Shown here: positions 39,611 to 52,782 of the stretch, one piece after another
Position numbering within the stretch: position 1 is the first letter of the stretch
Layout of the letters: every line of letters starts with the position of its first letter
Assembly (NCBI GenBank): GCA_951406725.2
Contig: OX597814.1
Coordinates: 123,318,001 to 123,382,000 of the forward strand
DNA length: 64,000 nt
Source: Octopus vulgaris
Taxonomy: Eukaryota
Direction: 5' to 3'
Notes under the pieces: generated by a model
Database searches by the model: none
What the model saw: the letters and a program-made list of their open reading frames with translations, nothing else
Told to the model about the DNA's origin: nothing
Made by a program: the position numbers and the translations under genes

Positions 39611-40218
39611 CAATGGAACAGCCTGCTCGTGAAATTAACGTGCAAGTAGCTGAGCACTCCACAGACACATGTGCCCTTAATGTAATTCTCGGGGAAATTC
39701 AGCGTGGCACTGATTGTAACAAGGCTGTCCCTTTGCAATACAGGTGCAACATAAACAAGAAGAAAGAGTGAGAGAAAGTTGTGATAAAAGAGTACAGCAG
39801 GGGTCACCACCAGCCCCTACTGGAACCTCATGGAGCTCTAGGTGTTTTCGCTCAATGAACACTCACAACGCTCGATCTGGGAATCAAAACCACGATCCTC
39901 CAACTACGAGTCCACTGCCCTAACTACTGGGCCATTGCACCTCCATATATACATATATGAGGGTATATGACTTAGTGTTTATGGTGTTCCACTCACAATC
40001 ACTAAATCATGATTTCAATTCTGAGATACTTTATCTCACTTTGCACTGTGATTACTTTCACACCTGACACATGGTATACCGTGCATCTGTTCAGACAACA
40101 TCAATTTGATGGGGAGAGAGTTAATGTATAGCACGAGTGCTTGATCACTATAAACAAATCATTTGTGCTTGGCAAAAGGCTAACCACTGATACTTCATCT
40201 TCAATGAGAGAGTCCATC

Positions 40219-40259
<41 letters not shown>

Positions 40260-40446
40260 AATTAGTAAATAAATGGCACAACTAAGTACCGATACTGGAA
40301 ATAGCGAACGTAAAAATACGACGCTAATGTGTAGCTTCACCGCGTATGTATTAGCAAAAATGCGTGTGTGCAACAAAATAGAGAAAAAAACCGTCTTACC
40401 TCCAGGGAGAACATCTGAAGGATTTGAAACACCCGGAAAATGGATA

Positions 40447-40524
40447 ATGTGGTACCTGCAGGTTTCAGGTTTTGCAAGATATGTCTCTCACCCATATTTT
40501 GCTTTACCTTCTTCAGCCAAACAT
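40447..40524 (-). ncRNA. Intact type I hammerhead ribozyme motif with extended stem II
   Basis: Minus strand: atgtttgg-CTGAAGA-aggt aaa gcaa aatatg ggtgagaga catatc ttgc aaa acct-GAAA-CCTGCAGG-TA-ccacat. Predicted cleavage between 40453 and 40452. Confidence 0.82.
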
Positions 40525-40706
40525 ATACCAAGACGAAATCTACGATGTTATCACATTAATACTAACACACTCGACTGAAATATGGAACGCTAACAGAACG
40601 AGAAACGGTGAAGAAGTTTCAAAATATCAGTAATGCAATACAAAGTATTGCCTTCCAGTAAAAAGTAGCCCGTGAGGGAAAAATACACAAATTAGTAAAT
40701 AAATGG

Positions 40707-40778
<72 letters not shown>

Positions 40779-40869
40779 TCCTGGGTTGATTCGGGGTTAA
40801 CCACAGTAAATAAGGTACTCAATACATAGAATGAAACAGTTCTAGTCCTGTAGAAGCTCCTTCTATATA

Positions 40870-40921
<52 letters not shown>

Positions 40922-40923
<2 letters not shown>

Positions 40924-41226
40924 AGGCACAATGGCCCAGTGGTTAGGGCAGCAGACTTGCGGTTGTCGGATCGTGGTTTCGATTCCCAGACCGGGCGTTG
41001 TGAGTGTTTATTGAGCAAAATCACCTAAAGCTCCACGAGGCTCTGGCAGGGATGTGTGGCGATCCCCGCTGCACTCTTTTGTCACAACTTTCTGTTTTTC
41101 TTCTGTTGGCCTGCTTGCTTAGCCAGCGGGGTGGCGTCATTTGAAGGCTAAAACAATGCGAAGCACATTGTGACCAGTGATGTGTAGCAACATCTGATAG
41201 CCTGGTCGGTCACGGTGATCACTGTG

Positions 41227-41227
<1 letters not shown>
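40922..41227 (+). mobile_element. tRNA-derived SINE family C (related copies ~47459-47650, 39611-39945 minus, 45602-45895 minus, 50316-50550)
   Basis: ggaggcacaatggcccagtggttagggcagcagacttgcgg..ggtttcgattccc: tRNA-like A and B boxes; flanked by (TA)n. Confidence 0.8.
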
Positions 41228-41290
<63 letters not shown>

Positions 41291-42528
41291 GTGAATTGGT
41301 ATGAAATTTATATATATATATATACACCTACTGTGAATAAAATAAGAGACAACATGTGGCATACCTTCTGTGTCTGTTTTCCATTCGTTTGTGCACTTAT
41401 TAAATTTTTTAACTTATATATAAAATTATATGGAGTACTTCTTTTGTTTACCTTACCATCAATGAACAGTACATTTTATATGGGTTCACTTTACAGGTGA
41501 AGATTTACAGAGGGGTATGTCCACATCTGTTGCTGATGCCCAACACATCTGATTTTGGACACAGGCATACCACAACAGGCATGACTTTCATTATTGTCAA
41601 CTTCTCTTTCAATTGATTCATTACACACACACACATAAAGGGATGTTGTGATGTTGATTATAAATACATTAGAAATTAACTATCCAAAGTGCTGCGCAGT
41701 GGACTTGAAGTCAAACTTCTGAACCATATAGTCCATACCTGCCCCCCCCCCCCACTGGGGTCGCATGGATGAGTCTGTTGATGTTTTCTTTCAAAAATTG
41801 CATCTTGTGTTATCAATATCAGACACTATTGCTATGCTTTTGTCTAATAACAGAAACCAAGCAACCAAAGAAAAAAAGAGAGGGGAAAAAAGGAAAAGAT
41901 TTGGTGAAAATCAAGGAAAAGTTAGTGAAAATATCTGATGGAAAGATAGAGGTTTTGTTCCCACTGACACTTTTTAGCCATATTTGGAGAAAATGAGTTG
42001 GGAAAACATTTGCAGAAAAATATTTTTTTTAAATCAAATTAAGTCTAAAATATTATTCCCTGATGCCTATTGATGAATGAAAATGGAAGATTGTGGATTC
42101 ATTCCTTTCTAAACAGAAAACATATTAAGGCTATTTCTGATAACACGAAAAAAACAAATGATTGTTAATGAAAAGCTCGAGTCTTTATATTTTCTTTTTA
42201 TAAAGAAGAAAAAATGTCAGATCACGCTTCTTTGTTGAAGCAGAGGGAAAAAAGGGAGATAACTGTTAATCTATTAGTGAATTCATTACATTCATATAAT
42301 ATATATTTTATATTATATTACATATATATATTTTTTTTTTTGTTTCAAACAGAGAAACTGATATGACTTTAGAAGATTTAATCAATTCTGTTTCCTTTTT
42401 CAGCATGTACACATTTTTTTTTGTTTTTTTCACATCTTCATCTTCTACTCCCTCTCAATTTAACATCTCCATTGTCATTTCCATCGCCTTCACCATCACC
42501 ATCATCATCACATACACTATTATTATTA

Positions 42529-42572
<44 letters not shown>

Positions 42573-43007
42573 TTATTATTATTATTATTATTACTATCAC
42601 CAACATCTCTATAATCATTTCCAGCAGCAGCAGTAATAACTTTATGTCATCCTTATCATCATCATCATCACACATCATAATCATCATCTTCATCATCTTC
42701 ATTATCATCATATTTTCACAACTATCCTTTTACGATGAAACAGATTTAAAATGAAGGAGAAATAATTGTTCTACTTCCATTACACCATTACATTAAGTAC
42801 TTGACCTGCTTTGCTGTGGCTCTTATCATGGCTATTATCACCTACCATCAAATTATATGAAATACTACAAGCTACCACTGCCTATCACAAGCGACTACTG
42901 CCTATTACATGCTATCAGCACTGCCATCATCCACCGTCATCTAACACTACTTGCCAACATCCAGCATTACCTACCATCACCTACTATCAACCACCATCAG
43001 TTCCCAA

Positions 43008-43980
43008 CATCATGTATCAGCTACTGCCCCTCCCAGAATCTTTTTCATCTCTTCTCACATCATCATGTGTCTGCTTCTCACAGAATCTTTTTCATATCTT
43101 CTCACATCAGGTACCTGCTCCTCACAGAATTTTTTTCCTCTCTTCTCACATCATCATGTACCTGCCCCTCACAGAATTTTTTTCCTCTCTACTCACATCA
43201 TCATGTACCTGCCCCTCACAGAAATTTCTCACTTCTTCTCACATCATCATGTGTCTGTCCCTCACAGAAATTTCTCACTTCTTCTCACATCATCATGTGT
43301 CTGTCCCTCACAGAAATTTTTCACTTCTTCTCACATCATCATGTGTCTGTCCCTCACAGAAATTTCTCACTTCTTCTCACATCATCATGTGTCTGTCCCT
43401 CACAGAAATTTCTCACTTCTTCTCACATCATCATGTGTCTGTCCCTCACAGAAATTTTCACTTCTTCTCACATCATCACGTGTCTGTCCCTCACAGAAAT
43501 TTCTCACTTCTTCTCACATCATCATGTGTCTGTCCCTCACAGAAATTTTTCACTTCTTCTCACGGTGAAGATGCCGACGACCGCTTTGTTCAAAGTCTCC
43601 CTTGACCTCAAGTGGCCTGAACTCTTTACATGAACACCACTCTGTACTTAACTCCATGTCCCCCTACATGGCCTTGCTATTTGCTTTTGAGCCAAATTAA
43701 CCAACTAACTAACTAACATCATCATGTGTCTGTCCCTCACAGAAATTTTCACTTCTTCTCACATCATCATGTGTCTGTCCCTCACAGAATTTTTTTCATC
43801 TCTTCTCATCACCATGTGTCTGCCCCTCACAGAATTGTTTTCATCTCTTCTCACATCATCTTGTATCTGCCCTTCACAGAATTTTTTTCATCTCTTCTCA
43901 TGTCATCATGTGTCTGCCCCTCACAGAATTTTTTTCATCTCTTCTCACGTCATCATGTACCTGCCCCTCACAGAATTTGT
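43008..43980. repeat. 46-bp minisatellite in two blocks (43008-43562, 43717-43980)
   Basis: Unit cttctcacatcatcatgtgtctgtccctcacagaaatttctcactt; homogeneous centre, diverged edges. Confidence 0.92.
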
Positions 43981-44204
43981 TTTACCTATTCTTATAGCAT
44001 GTGTTTGTAACGTATCATACTTACCTCTATTGTAGCCAAATACCACTTGACCATATCACTATCACTCAACTCTCATCAAGCTACCATTAATTAAGGTCAC
44101 TTTATATATATTGTAGTACTGAGCTAAAATCATCTCATGAACAAACCTTATGATAAACTGTTACTTCCTGTCCCTGAACCAGCATTTCTCAACGCACACA
44201 CACA

Positions 44205-44235
<31 letters not shown>

Positions 44236-45237
44236 ATTACATACATGATTGACTTCCACACAGTTCCTGTCTAATAAATTCACTCAAAAAGCTTTCATTG
44301 GTCAGCCCAGTGCTATAGTGGAAGAGATTTGTCCAAGGTGCTGCACAGTGGGGCTGAACCTGAAACCAAACAGTTAGAAAGTAAACTTCTTAACCACACA
44401 GACATTTTTATTGAGTCAAGTGAAGTCATTGTTGTGGCCAATGCCAGTACCACTTCACTGGCACCTGTACTGGTAGCATGTAAAAAGTACCATTCGAGCA
44501 TGGTCAATGCCAGAGCTGCCTGACTGGTCTCATGCCAATGGCATGTAAAAAGCACAATTCAAGCATGGTTGATGCCGGTACTGCCTGACTGGTCTTATAC
44601 TGGTGGCATGTAAAAAGCACCATTCAAGCATGGTCAATACCAGTGCCATTCGACTGGTCCCATGCCAGTGGCATGTAAAAAGCACCATTCGAGCATGGTT
44701 GATGCCAGTGCCACCTGACTAGTCCCGTGCCAGTGGCACACAAAAAACACCATTCAAGCATGGTCATTGCCAGTTCTGCATAACTGGCTCCCATGCTGGT
44801 AGCATGTAAAAAACACCATTCAAGTGTGGTCGATGCCAGTGCCACCTGAATGGCTTTTGTGCCGGTGGCACACGAAAAGCACCCACTACACTCTCAGAGT
44901 GGTTGGCATTAGGAAGGGCATCCAGCTGTAGAAACTTTCCCAGATCAGATTGGAGCCTGGTGCAGCCTTCTAGCTTGCCAGTCCTCAGTCAAACCGTCCA
45001 ACCCATGCCAGCATGGAAAGCGGGCGTTAAACAACAATGATGATGACGATGATGATGATGATGATATACCAAAGAGAAGGGGAGAGCAACCATGACATTT
45101 GCAGGACCCTACACAGAAAATATCAATGTGGGCAATGTTCTGTTTGAACTTCAGTGTTCATTAATTAAAATGTTAATAATGATGTCCTTGATCTTGTTGT
45201 AATTCCTCATTAAACTAAAACAATTTCTGTTTTCCAG

Positions 45238-45437
45238 AAAAGTCCAAAAGTCAAGGAGAACTTCATCCAGGAGTCATATGTAACAAGTGCGGCAAACAGG
45301 TTCGCGGAAACCGTTACAAGTGTTTAATATGTCAAGAATATGAACTGTGTGAAGATTGTGAAAATCTAAGAGTTCATCTGGAACATGCAGTCATCAGAAT
45401 TCCATCTCCAAGCACTCTTTGGATGCCACTGGTAACG
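45238..45437 (+). CDS. SQSTM1: SQSTM1/p62-like gene, ZZ-type zinc finger exon
   Basis: Acceptor ttttccag. In frame with the PB1 exon: EKSKSQGELHPGVICNKCGKQVRGNRYKCLICQEYELCEDCENLRVHLEHAVIRIPSPSTLWMPLVT. Donor gtaaga at 45438, alternative gtaacg at 45432. Confidence 0.9.
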
Positions 45438-46137
45438 GTAAGAATTAGTTCCATTTAACTGTTTAGTTTAAGTAACCTTCTCTATTTTAGAGGTCTGTCG
45501 TTGACAAGTTTTCTTCAACAACTTCTTCCTCTATTTATACCTCATGTATTAATGTTCTTTATGTGTACATATATGTGTGTTTATGTGCATGTTGTGGTTC
45601 CTTCTCAAGCCATGCCTGTCTCATAAGGGCCAGTTTCCCGGTTTCCTTGGTGTACAGGTTCCCCACCTGGACGGGACTCCGGTCCATCACAGGTGAGCTG
45701 CAAAATGCAGGAGGAAAGAGTGAGAGAAAGTTGTGGCGAAAGAGTCAGCAGAAGTTCGCCATTACCTTCTGCCATAGCTGCGTGGTGCTTAGGTGTTTCG
45801 CTCATAAACACACACATCGCCTGGTCTGAGATTCGAACCCGCGATCCCTCGACTGCGAGTCCGCTGCTGTAACCACTAGGCCATGTGCCTCCACTATTTG
45901 TATGCATGCATGTGTGTGTGTGTAAAACATATCTGACTAGCTAGTTTTATATGTGTGTAGTATCTGTACAAGTGTATGTATATACAAATATATATGTATC
46001 TGTATCAAGTTAATATAATCTCTCCCTTTCCCTCGCTCCTTTCTTCCACACTCTCTCTTTCTCTCTCTATCTCTCCCTCTATTTATCTACCTGTCTATCT
46101 ATCTATCTGTTTATCTACATATCTATTTTATTAATAG

Positions 46138-46261
46138 GTTTCCAGTAATCCAGTATCACCAGCTGTGAAAAATAAATCTGTAGACTTCAACCAATCCACC
46201 AGGTGTAATGCTACTCCTTTTGATATCCATGAATACCAGCCACCACTTCAATCACGTCCAG
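46138..46261 (+). CDS. SQSTM1: SQSTM1/p62-like gene, linker exon
   Basis: Acceptor ttaatag, donor ccag|gtgagc. Open frame VSSNPVSPAVKNKSVDFNQSTRCNATPFDIHEYQPPLQSRP. Phase 0 in and phase 1 out fits both neighbours. Confidence 0.75.
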
Positions 46262-48209
46262 GTGAGCACATCACTTCCACAGATACCTAACCCTAATTCA
46301 TTACGAAAACGATAAAACTTCAGCAATTACGTAATAGTGTTCGCTTTTGGGATTTACGTTAATTTTTAATAGTAAACTTCAAATCCAGTCTTTCCAAGAT
46401 CTTCCAGATATAAATTACTGCATCTCTCTCTCTCTCTTCTTCACTCTAGGGAGTAAAAACTTAATGCTTTCAATTTCCCTAAAAGTTCAGCTCCTGTATA
46501 AAGGTAATCTTCTCGGGACTGTAACTAACAATGATAATTTATAACCCTTTTGGCATCAATCCACTTGAGACTGCTCCTACTTTTATGCTGCAGTCTTCAT
46601 ATTTTAAAGTGATCTAAATTAAACCCTTCCATCAAAATGCCTTGTTAATTTATGTTCCAAACTCCGATTTAATAATGAAAAAGTTTATTTTACTAACCGG
46701 CAGAACATATCTCTGCTGTGGCTACCATCAGGGCACCAGATCATACCAAAAGAACATAGCATTCTATTCTACCTAACATTATCTCTTGATATTTTTCTCT
46801 ATTGTTTAGGCAGTGAATGATTTATGATTTATGATTTATGATTTAGGCAGAATCATTAGCAAACCAAGCAAAATGCTTAATGGTATTTTGTCTATTTGGA
46901 AGGCAGCGAGCTGGCAGAAATGTTAGCACGTCGGGCGAAATGCTTAGCGATATTTTGTCTGCCGTTACGTTCTGAGTTCAAATTCCGCCGAGGTCGACTT
47001 TGCCTTTCATCCTTTCGGGGTCGATAAATTAAGTACCAGTTACACACTGGGGTCGATGTAATCGACTTAATCCGTTTATCTGTCTTTGTTTGTCCCCTCT
47101 GTGTGTTGCCCCTTGTGGGCAGTAAAGAAATAGGTATTTTGTCCATCCTTACATTCTGAGTTCAAATGCCACCAGGGTTGACTTTGCTTTTTATCCTTTC
47201 AGGATCAATTGAATAAGTACCAGTTGAAATCTGGGGATCAATGTGATCAACTTGCCCCCTCCATGAAATTGCTAGCCCTGTGCCAAAATTTGAAAGCAGT
47301 TTTGTTTGTCTATCACTGGATATCAATGCCAAAAGAGCTCCGCCAACTCTATCCCCACCCCCATACTAAGTAAAAGAAGGAAGAGAGTGTATGTGAATTA
47401 CAACCTAATGCCAAACTAACTGACCAACTATGAGATCCAGTTGATGACAACAACTGAGTGGAGGTGAAATGGCCCAGGGGTTAGGGCAGTGGACTCACAG
47501 TCGTAAGAACACAGTTTCGATTCCCAGACCGGGCATTGTGAGTGTTCATTGAGGAAAAACACAAAAGCTCCTCAAGGCTCCGGTGGGGGGTGGGGGGTGA
47601 ACCCTACTGTACTCTTTCACCACAACTTTCTCTCACTCTTTCTTCCTACTTCTGTCACAAAGCAGAGGAACCATAGTGTAACCCACTATGGTGTGGTAAA
47701 CTTTCAGACCCTAGTCTAGATTGCGAATCCTCTGTACCCCAGGATGGTTCAGCTCTCCACCCATTAAAAACAGCCACCATTTACGGAATAAGGATAGCCA
47801 TGTAACTTTTGCGCCCGTGCAACTGCCAGTCTATCGCGTGTGGTGGGTGGATCTTCAAGTTGCCACACGCATTCTTAGTAGCTTAGAGTAGGCTCGAATT
47901 AGAGATTATTCTTTGTGGCTAATGGCGTGAGTCCTGATTGGAAGAAGAAGACAACAACTGACCTACGGAGATGAAAAAATCATGTTTCTAAACCACATAA
48001 ACTGGTGACCAACAGCTTTTCCTTAAATCAGTTGCTGCGGACCTGTGTCAGTGACCAGGTCAAAATTGGTGCAAAGAAAATAGTGACACCAAATGATAAA
48101 TGTTTAAGTGAAGCTAACAGTCCGTGTGAATTTCTGAATGGCTAATATGTACTTTCCACATTGTAACTGTAAAAAAAAAAATATTACTTCCTGTTTGTTA
48201 TTTTATCAG

Positions 48210-48433
48210 GTTTTGCTGCGGCAATGTGTGACCCCTTCATGCATGACTGGTCCTTACTCTCAGACTCTGCTCACGCTAGTTCTTTGAGTCCTGGCAGTGG
48301 AGTTTCTAGAATTATTGATTCTATTACACATGATGAAGATATACCTCGATCAGGTGGAACGCATCAGCTGCCAAAGAAACCCATGTCTAGAAGTCTCTTT
48401 GACTTTGATGATGATGATGATGATGTTGGAGAG
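48210..48433 (+). CDS. SQSTM1: SQSTM1/p62-like gene, exon with LIR-like DWSLL and acidic tract
   Basis: Acceptor ttttatcag, donor gag|gtaagt. Encodes GFAAAMCDPFMHDWSLLSD...SLFDFDDDDDDVGE. Phase 1 in, phase 0 out. Confidence 0.8.
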
Positions 48434-48521
48434 GTAAGTTGACAAAGCAAAGAATGGAGTTCAGAAAATGGAATGGGTTGTTGTGCCTTTGAGAAGAGGA
48501 GAATTCTATCATTGCAAACAG

Positions 48522-48597
48522 AATCCTTCATCAAAGAATTAATCCTTCATCAAAGAATTAATTCTTCATCAAAGAATTAATCCTTCATCAATGAATT
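48522..48597. repeat. 19-bp tandem repeat x4
   Basis: Unit aatccttcatcaaagaatt. Confidence 0.9.
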
Positions 48598-49214
48598 AAA
48601 ACAGCCTTCATAGAAATTCTTTAGCAAATCTAATTTTAAATACTTAGAACAAAACCAACAAGATATTGCTAAATTGTTAGTAGTAGTAGTAGTGGTGGTG
48701 GTGGTGGTGGTAGCAGCAGCAGCAATTGTAATGGTAGTGATAGTGGTGATGTTTAACCCTAGGTCAACCTCAATCCAGTAGAATTTATGACCATCCCATC
48801 TTTTACTCAGATATACTTACTGTCTAGGACACAATATCCAATATGTCTTGAAATTTTGGGGAGTTGTTAGTATATAATTTGAGGGAAATTTGGCTGCCAT
48901 TTCTTGTAAAGCAGACAACCAAATACAAGCTTTATTACAGGCTTGAAATGCAGTTATCCTCCATGTGTTTACTGAAAACCTTGTTCTTATGCGGAATTCC
49001 ATAATATGGAAATTAATGGGAAAATAAAATAATCCCACATTACAGACAGATTTTCAGGAGTGGCTGTGTGGTAAGTAGTTTGCTTACCAACCACATAGTT
49101 CCAGGTTCAGTCCCACTGCATGGCACCTTGGGCAAAGTGTCTTCTACTATAGCCTCGGGCCAACTAAAGCCTTGTCAGTGGATTTTGTAGACAGAAACTG
49201 AAAGAAGCCCATTG

Positions 49215-49267
<53 letters not shown>

Positions 49268-51460
49268 TTGTGTGTCTGTGTTTGTCCCCCACCAACATCG
49301 CTTGACAACCGATGCTGGTGTGTTTACATCCCCGTAACTTAGTGGTTCGGCAAAAAGTGACCGATAGAATAAGTACTAGGCTTACAAAGAATAAGTCCTG
49401 GGGTCGATTTGGTTGATTTAAGGCGGTGCTCCAGCATGGCCGCAGTCACATGACTGAAACAAGTAAAAGAGTACTTCTATAATGTGGGAAATGCCGGAAT
49501 TTAGCCATCTTTTATCGATTACTTGTTTCAGTGGTTAGACTGCAGCCATGCTGGAGCACCACTTTGAAAAATTTTATTTGAATGAATCAACCCCGACACT
49601 TACGTTTTTTTTTTTAAAGCCTGGTACTTATTCTATCAGTTACTTTTGCCGAACTGCTAGGCTACGAGGACATAAACACACCAACACCAGTTGTCAAGTA
49701 GTGGTGAGGGACAATCCAAGACACAAAGCACAATCACACATGCACACACACGTGCACACGCACACACACACACATATACAACAGACTTCGTTCAGTTACC
49801 AAATCCACTCACAAGGCTTTGGTTAACCTGAGGCTATAATAGAAGACATTGGGCCAAGGTGCCATGCAGTGGGACTGAACCCTGAACCATGTGGCTGGGA
49901 AGCAAACTTTTTACCACAGAGCTATGTCTATAGGGGTTGTGGAAAGCACAAATCCAGTTTTTATAGATGTGGAACATAAGTTTTATTTAAAAATTGTATA
50001 TTTAATGTAACTATCATTATTGTAGTTGTATGCTGTCAGGAAATGTGTCAAGGCTGACAGGAAGTGTTTCTGCTTCCTAGGGCTAAATAGCTGTAGTATT
50101 ATTCCCTTCATGGGACTGTCACATTAAGTTGACAGTATACATCTACTTTATCGTATCATTACTGCATAAATCTCTCTGAGATATTTAGAAAGGTATTATT
50201 TCTATTTTATCATTATTGTGTCATCTACAATTGGATACTTGGATCACCTGTGACACAGATACTGTAATAACATCAGTTAAATTGTGTTTTAAGAACGAAT
50301 GAGACCATCATGTGTGGAGGTGCATGGCTTAGTGGTTAGGGTGTCAGCATCATGATCGTAAGATTGTGGTTTTGATTCCTAGACCAGGCGACGCGTTGAG
50401 TTTTTGAGCAAAACACTTCATTTCATGTTACCCCAGTCCACTCAGCTGGCAAAAATGAGTAACGCTGCGATGGACTGGCGTCCCATCCAGGTGGGAAACA
50501 CATACGCCATTGAAAGCAGGAAACCAGGCCATTATCCTGGCTAGGCTTTAAAAGGATGCATTTATTATCATCATCATCATCATCTTCACTTAATGGCCAT
50601 GTTCCATGCTGGCATGGATTGGATGGTTTGACAGGATCCAGTCAGCCCAAAGACTGCATCGTCCTTCAGTGTCTGCTTTCACATTGTTTCTACCCTTCCT
50701 AATGCCAGCCATTTTACAGAGGTTGGGATATAAAACTGCAACGACAGTTATATACCACTATCTGTATGGGAGACAACTGTAACATGATTTTGTGTTATTA
50801 GGTCTTCTCATTCAAATATGGAATTTAACATACTTGATGAACAAATAAAAAGAAAATAGTGAAGAATTAGTAGAATATTGTTCATATTAATACTACTATA
50901 ACACATCTTTCCTCATTACCATCTACAATTGTGCTCACCATTATTATGATTTTTCAATTATTTTTTTTCGGTTCTTAACATGTTTGACCTAATCAAATTT
51001 CTCACTCTCCAAAGATATCTTACATCAAATTTTACTAAATTATTAAATGAATGATTGTATTTCTAATACAATCATAATGCCATAAAAACATTTAAAAAAA
51101 TAATCACGCATCATTTAAAGAGACTGAATTCTGGCATAAATTTATTATATTGTTATCTTAATTACTGTATATAAAATAATCACTTCACCTTTCACCACAC
51201 ATTATTTTATTATTTTATTGACTTGGCACAGACAGTATAGCACTTGTCTAGATGTTTTATGATTTTTAATTGATCTCTCTTTAGTTCAAATTTCAATCTT
51301 AAGACCATTCCTTTGTTTTAAGTGTCTGTCAAGATCGAGGTCTTGTGCCTGAGATATTCACTTATCTTTCCTATTTTCACCCTTATATGTGTCTTAGTTT
51401 ACTAAATATTTTATAATCGTTTCCTGGTTCTCTTTTGCTTGTATTTTCGGCTTATTAAAG

Positions 51461-52160
51461 TTACCAAAAGAGTCAACACCTGAGGCGAAACCAAACAAAC
51501 CTGAAGGGAAACCATTAGAAAGCATTGGTCCAAAAGATAAGAAGCTTGATGAGAAACCCTTACCAATCGCCAAACCAAAACCAAAACAAGCTGTAACTGT
51601 TGAACTACCATCAAGTATTTCTGGTAATTCCACCCTAGGATCTCATTCACCTCCAAAGTCAAGCCAAGTGATAACAGAAGCGAAGCCATCTCCTTCAGCC
51701 ACTTCCATGGATTTTCCTGAAAGTCTAGAAAGTTCTTACTCACAGCCTCAGCATGCTTCTAAATATGCAGATTCCTTAAACAAATCAAGAGAAGAAAGTC
51801 ACTCAGCAGCAGCTGTTAGTAACATAGGTGGTGCTGAAGCTGATGTGTCACTTGACAGCTTAACATTGACCAATCAGGCTACAGCCATTACACAAGAGGA
51901 TCCTGAGAAAACCGATGCAACTACAAATGACAGTTCTGAAGACACACCACTTTCTAATAGTAATGGTAATACTACAGCTGATACTACTACCAACAATAAC
52001 TCTACAGAGGAGGGTGAAGTTGCTTCGAGAGAAGAGAACAGAAACAATGAGATAACATCAAATAATTCAGAAGACAATGAGACCACGACAGAAACAACTG
52101 CAGAGCAACGAAGAAACGGATCCTCACCAACGGTTGACTACAATTTGTATTACCCTAAAA
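51461..52160 (+). CDS. SQSTM1: SQSTM1/p62-like gene, 700-bp low-complexity linker exon (P/K-rich, then S/T/N/E-rich)
   Basis: Long open frame LPKESTPEAKP...SPTVDYNLYYPK in AT-rich DNA. Acceptor ttaaag (alternative in-frame tag at 51397), donor a|gtaaag. Phase 0 in, phase 1 out. Confidence 0.75.
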
Positions 52161-52782
52161 GTAAAGATTTCATCTTTTTTTTTCGATTTTCTAATGCATG
52201 TTGCTTTCATTGAGTCTACATGTGGTCAAGACAAATGATTTTGAAGACTAGACATGTGCATGTGTATATATATATGTGTGTGTGTGTGTGTATATATATA
52301 TAGATAGATAGATAGACAGACAAGCAGGCAGGCAGGCAGGCTGACAGACAGACAGATAGATAGACAGCTAAGGTGGCGAGCTGGCAGAAACATTAGCACC
52401 CCAGGTGAAATTCTTAACGGTATTTCGTCTGCCGCTACGTTCTGAGCTCAAATTCCGCTGAGGTCAACTTTGCCTTTCAGCCTTTCGGGGTCAATAAATT
52501 AAGTACCAGTTACACACTGGGGTCGATGTAATTGATTTAATCCATTTGTCTGTCCTTGTTTGTCCCCTCTGTGTGTAGCCCCTTGTGAGCAGTAAAGAAA
52601 TAAGATAGACAGCTAGACAGAAAGACAGACAGACAGACAAACAGATATAGATATAGTCCATATGAGGATATCTTATCTTCATAAGGGATTATTATATCCA
52701 AAATTTCACTGGTTTAATCACCTCTACTGTTGAGGAATATCTCTTTGATATACATGGGATTATTATAAGCATAAATATGACT

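Noticed and set aside
38576-39668. Long His/Thr/Tyr- and Cys/Val/Met-rich ORFs (also 22384-24227 and 56113-58639)
   Set aside because: Microsatellite translations.
40922-40995. tRNA gene
   Set aside because: The tRNA-like head continues into a SINE body found in several diverged copies; no proper acceptor stem or terminator.
42811-44035. 200-260 aa ORFs in all three frames
   Set aside because: Translation of a stop-free 46-bp minisatellite; the same peptide cycles through the frames.
47650-47950. HDV-like ribozyme (ggctaatggcg resembles J4/2)
   Set aside because: Could not assemble the P1/P2/P3 nested pseudoknot; the segment looks like an element 3' end with a (GAA)n tail.
52000-52020. STEEGE as a Keap1-binding motif
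   Set aside because: Does not match ETGE/STGE and lies in low-complexity acidic sequence.
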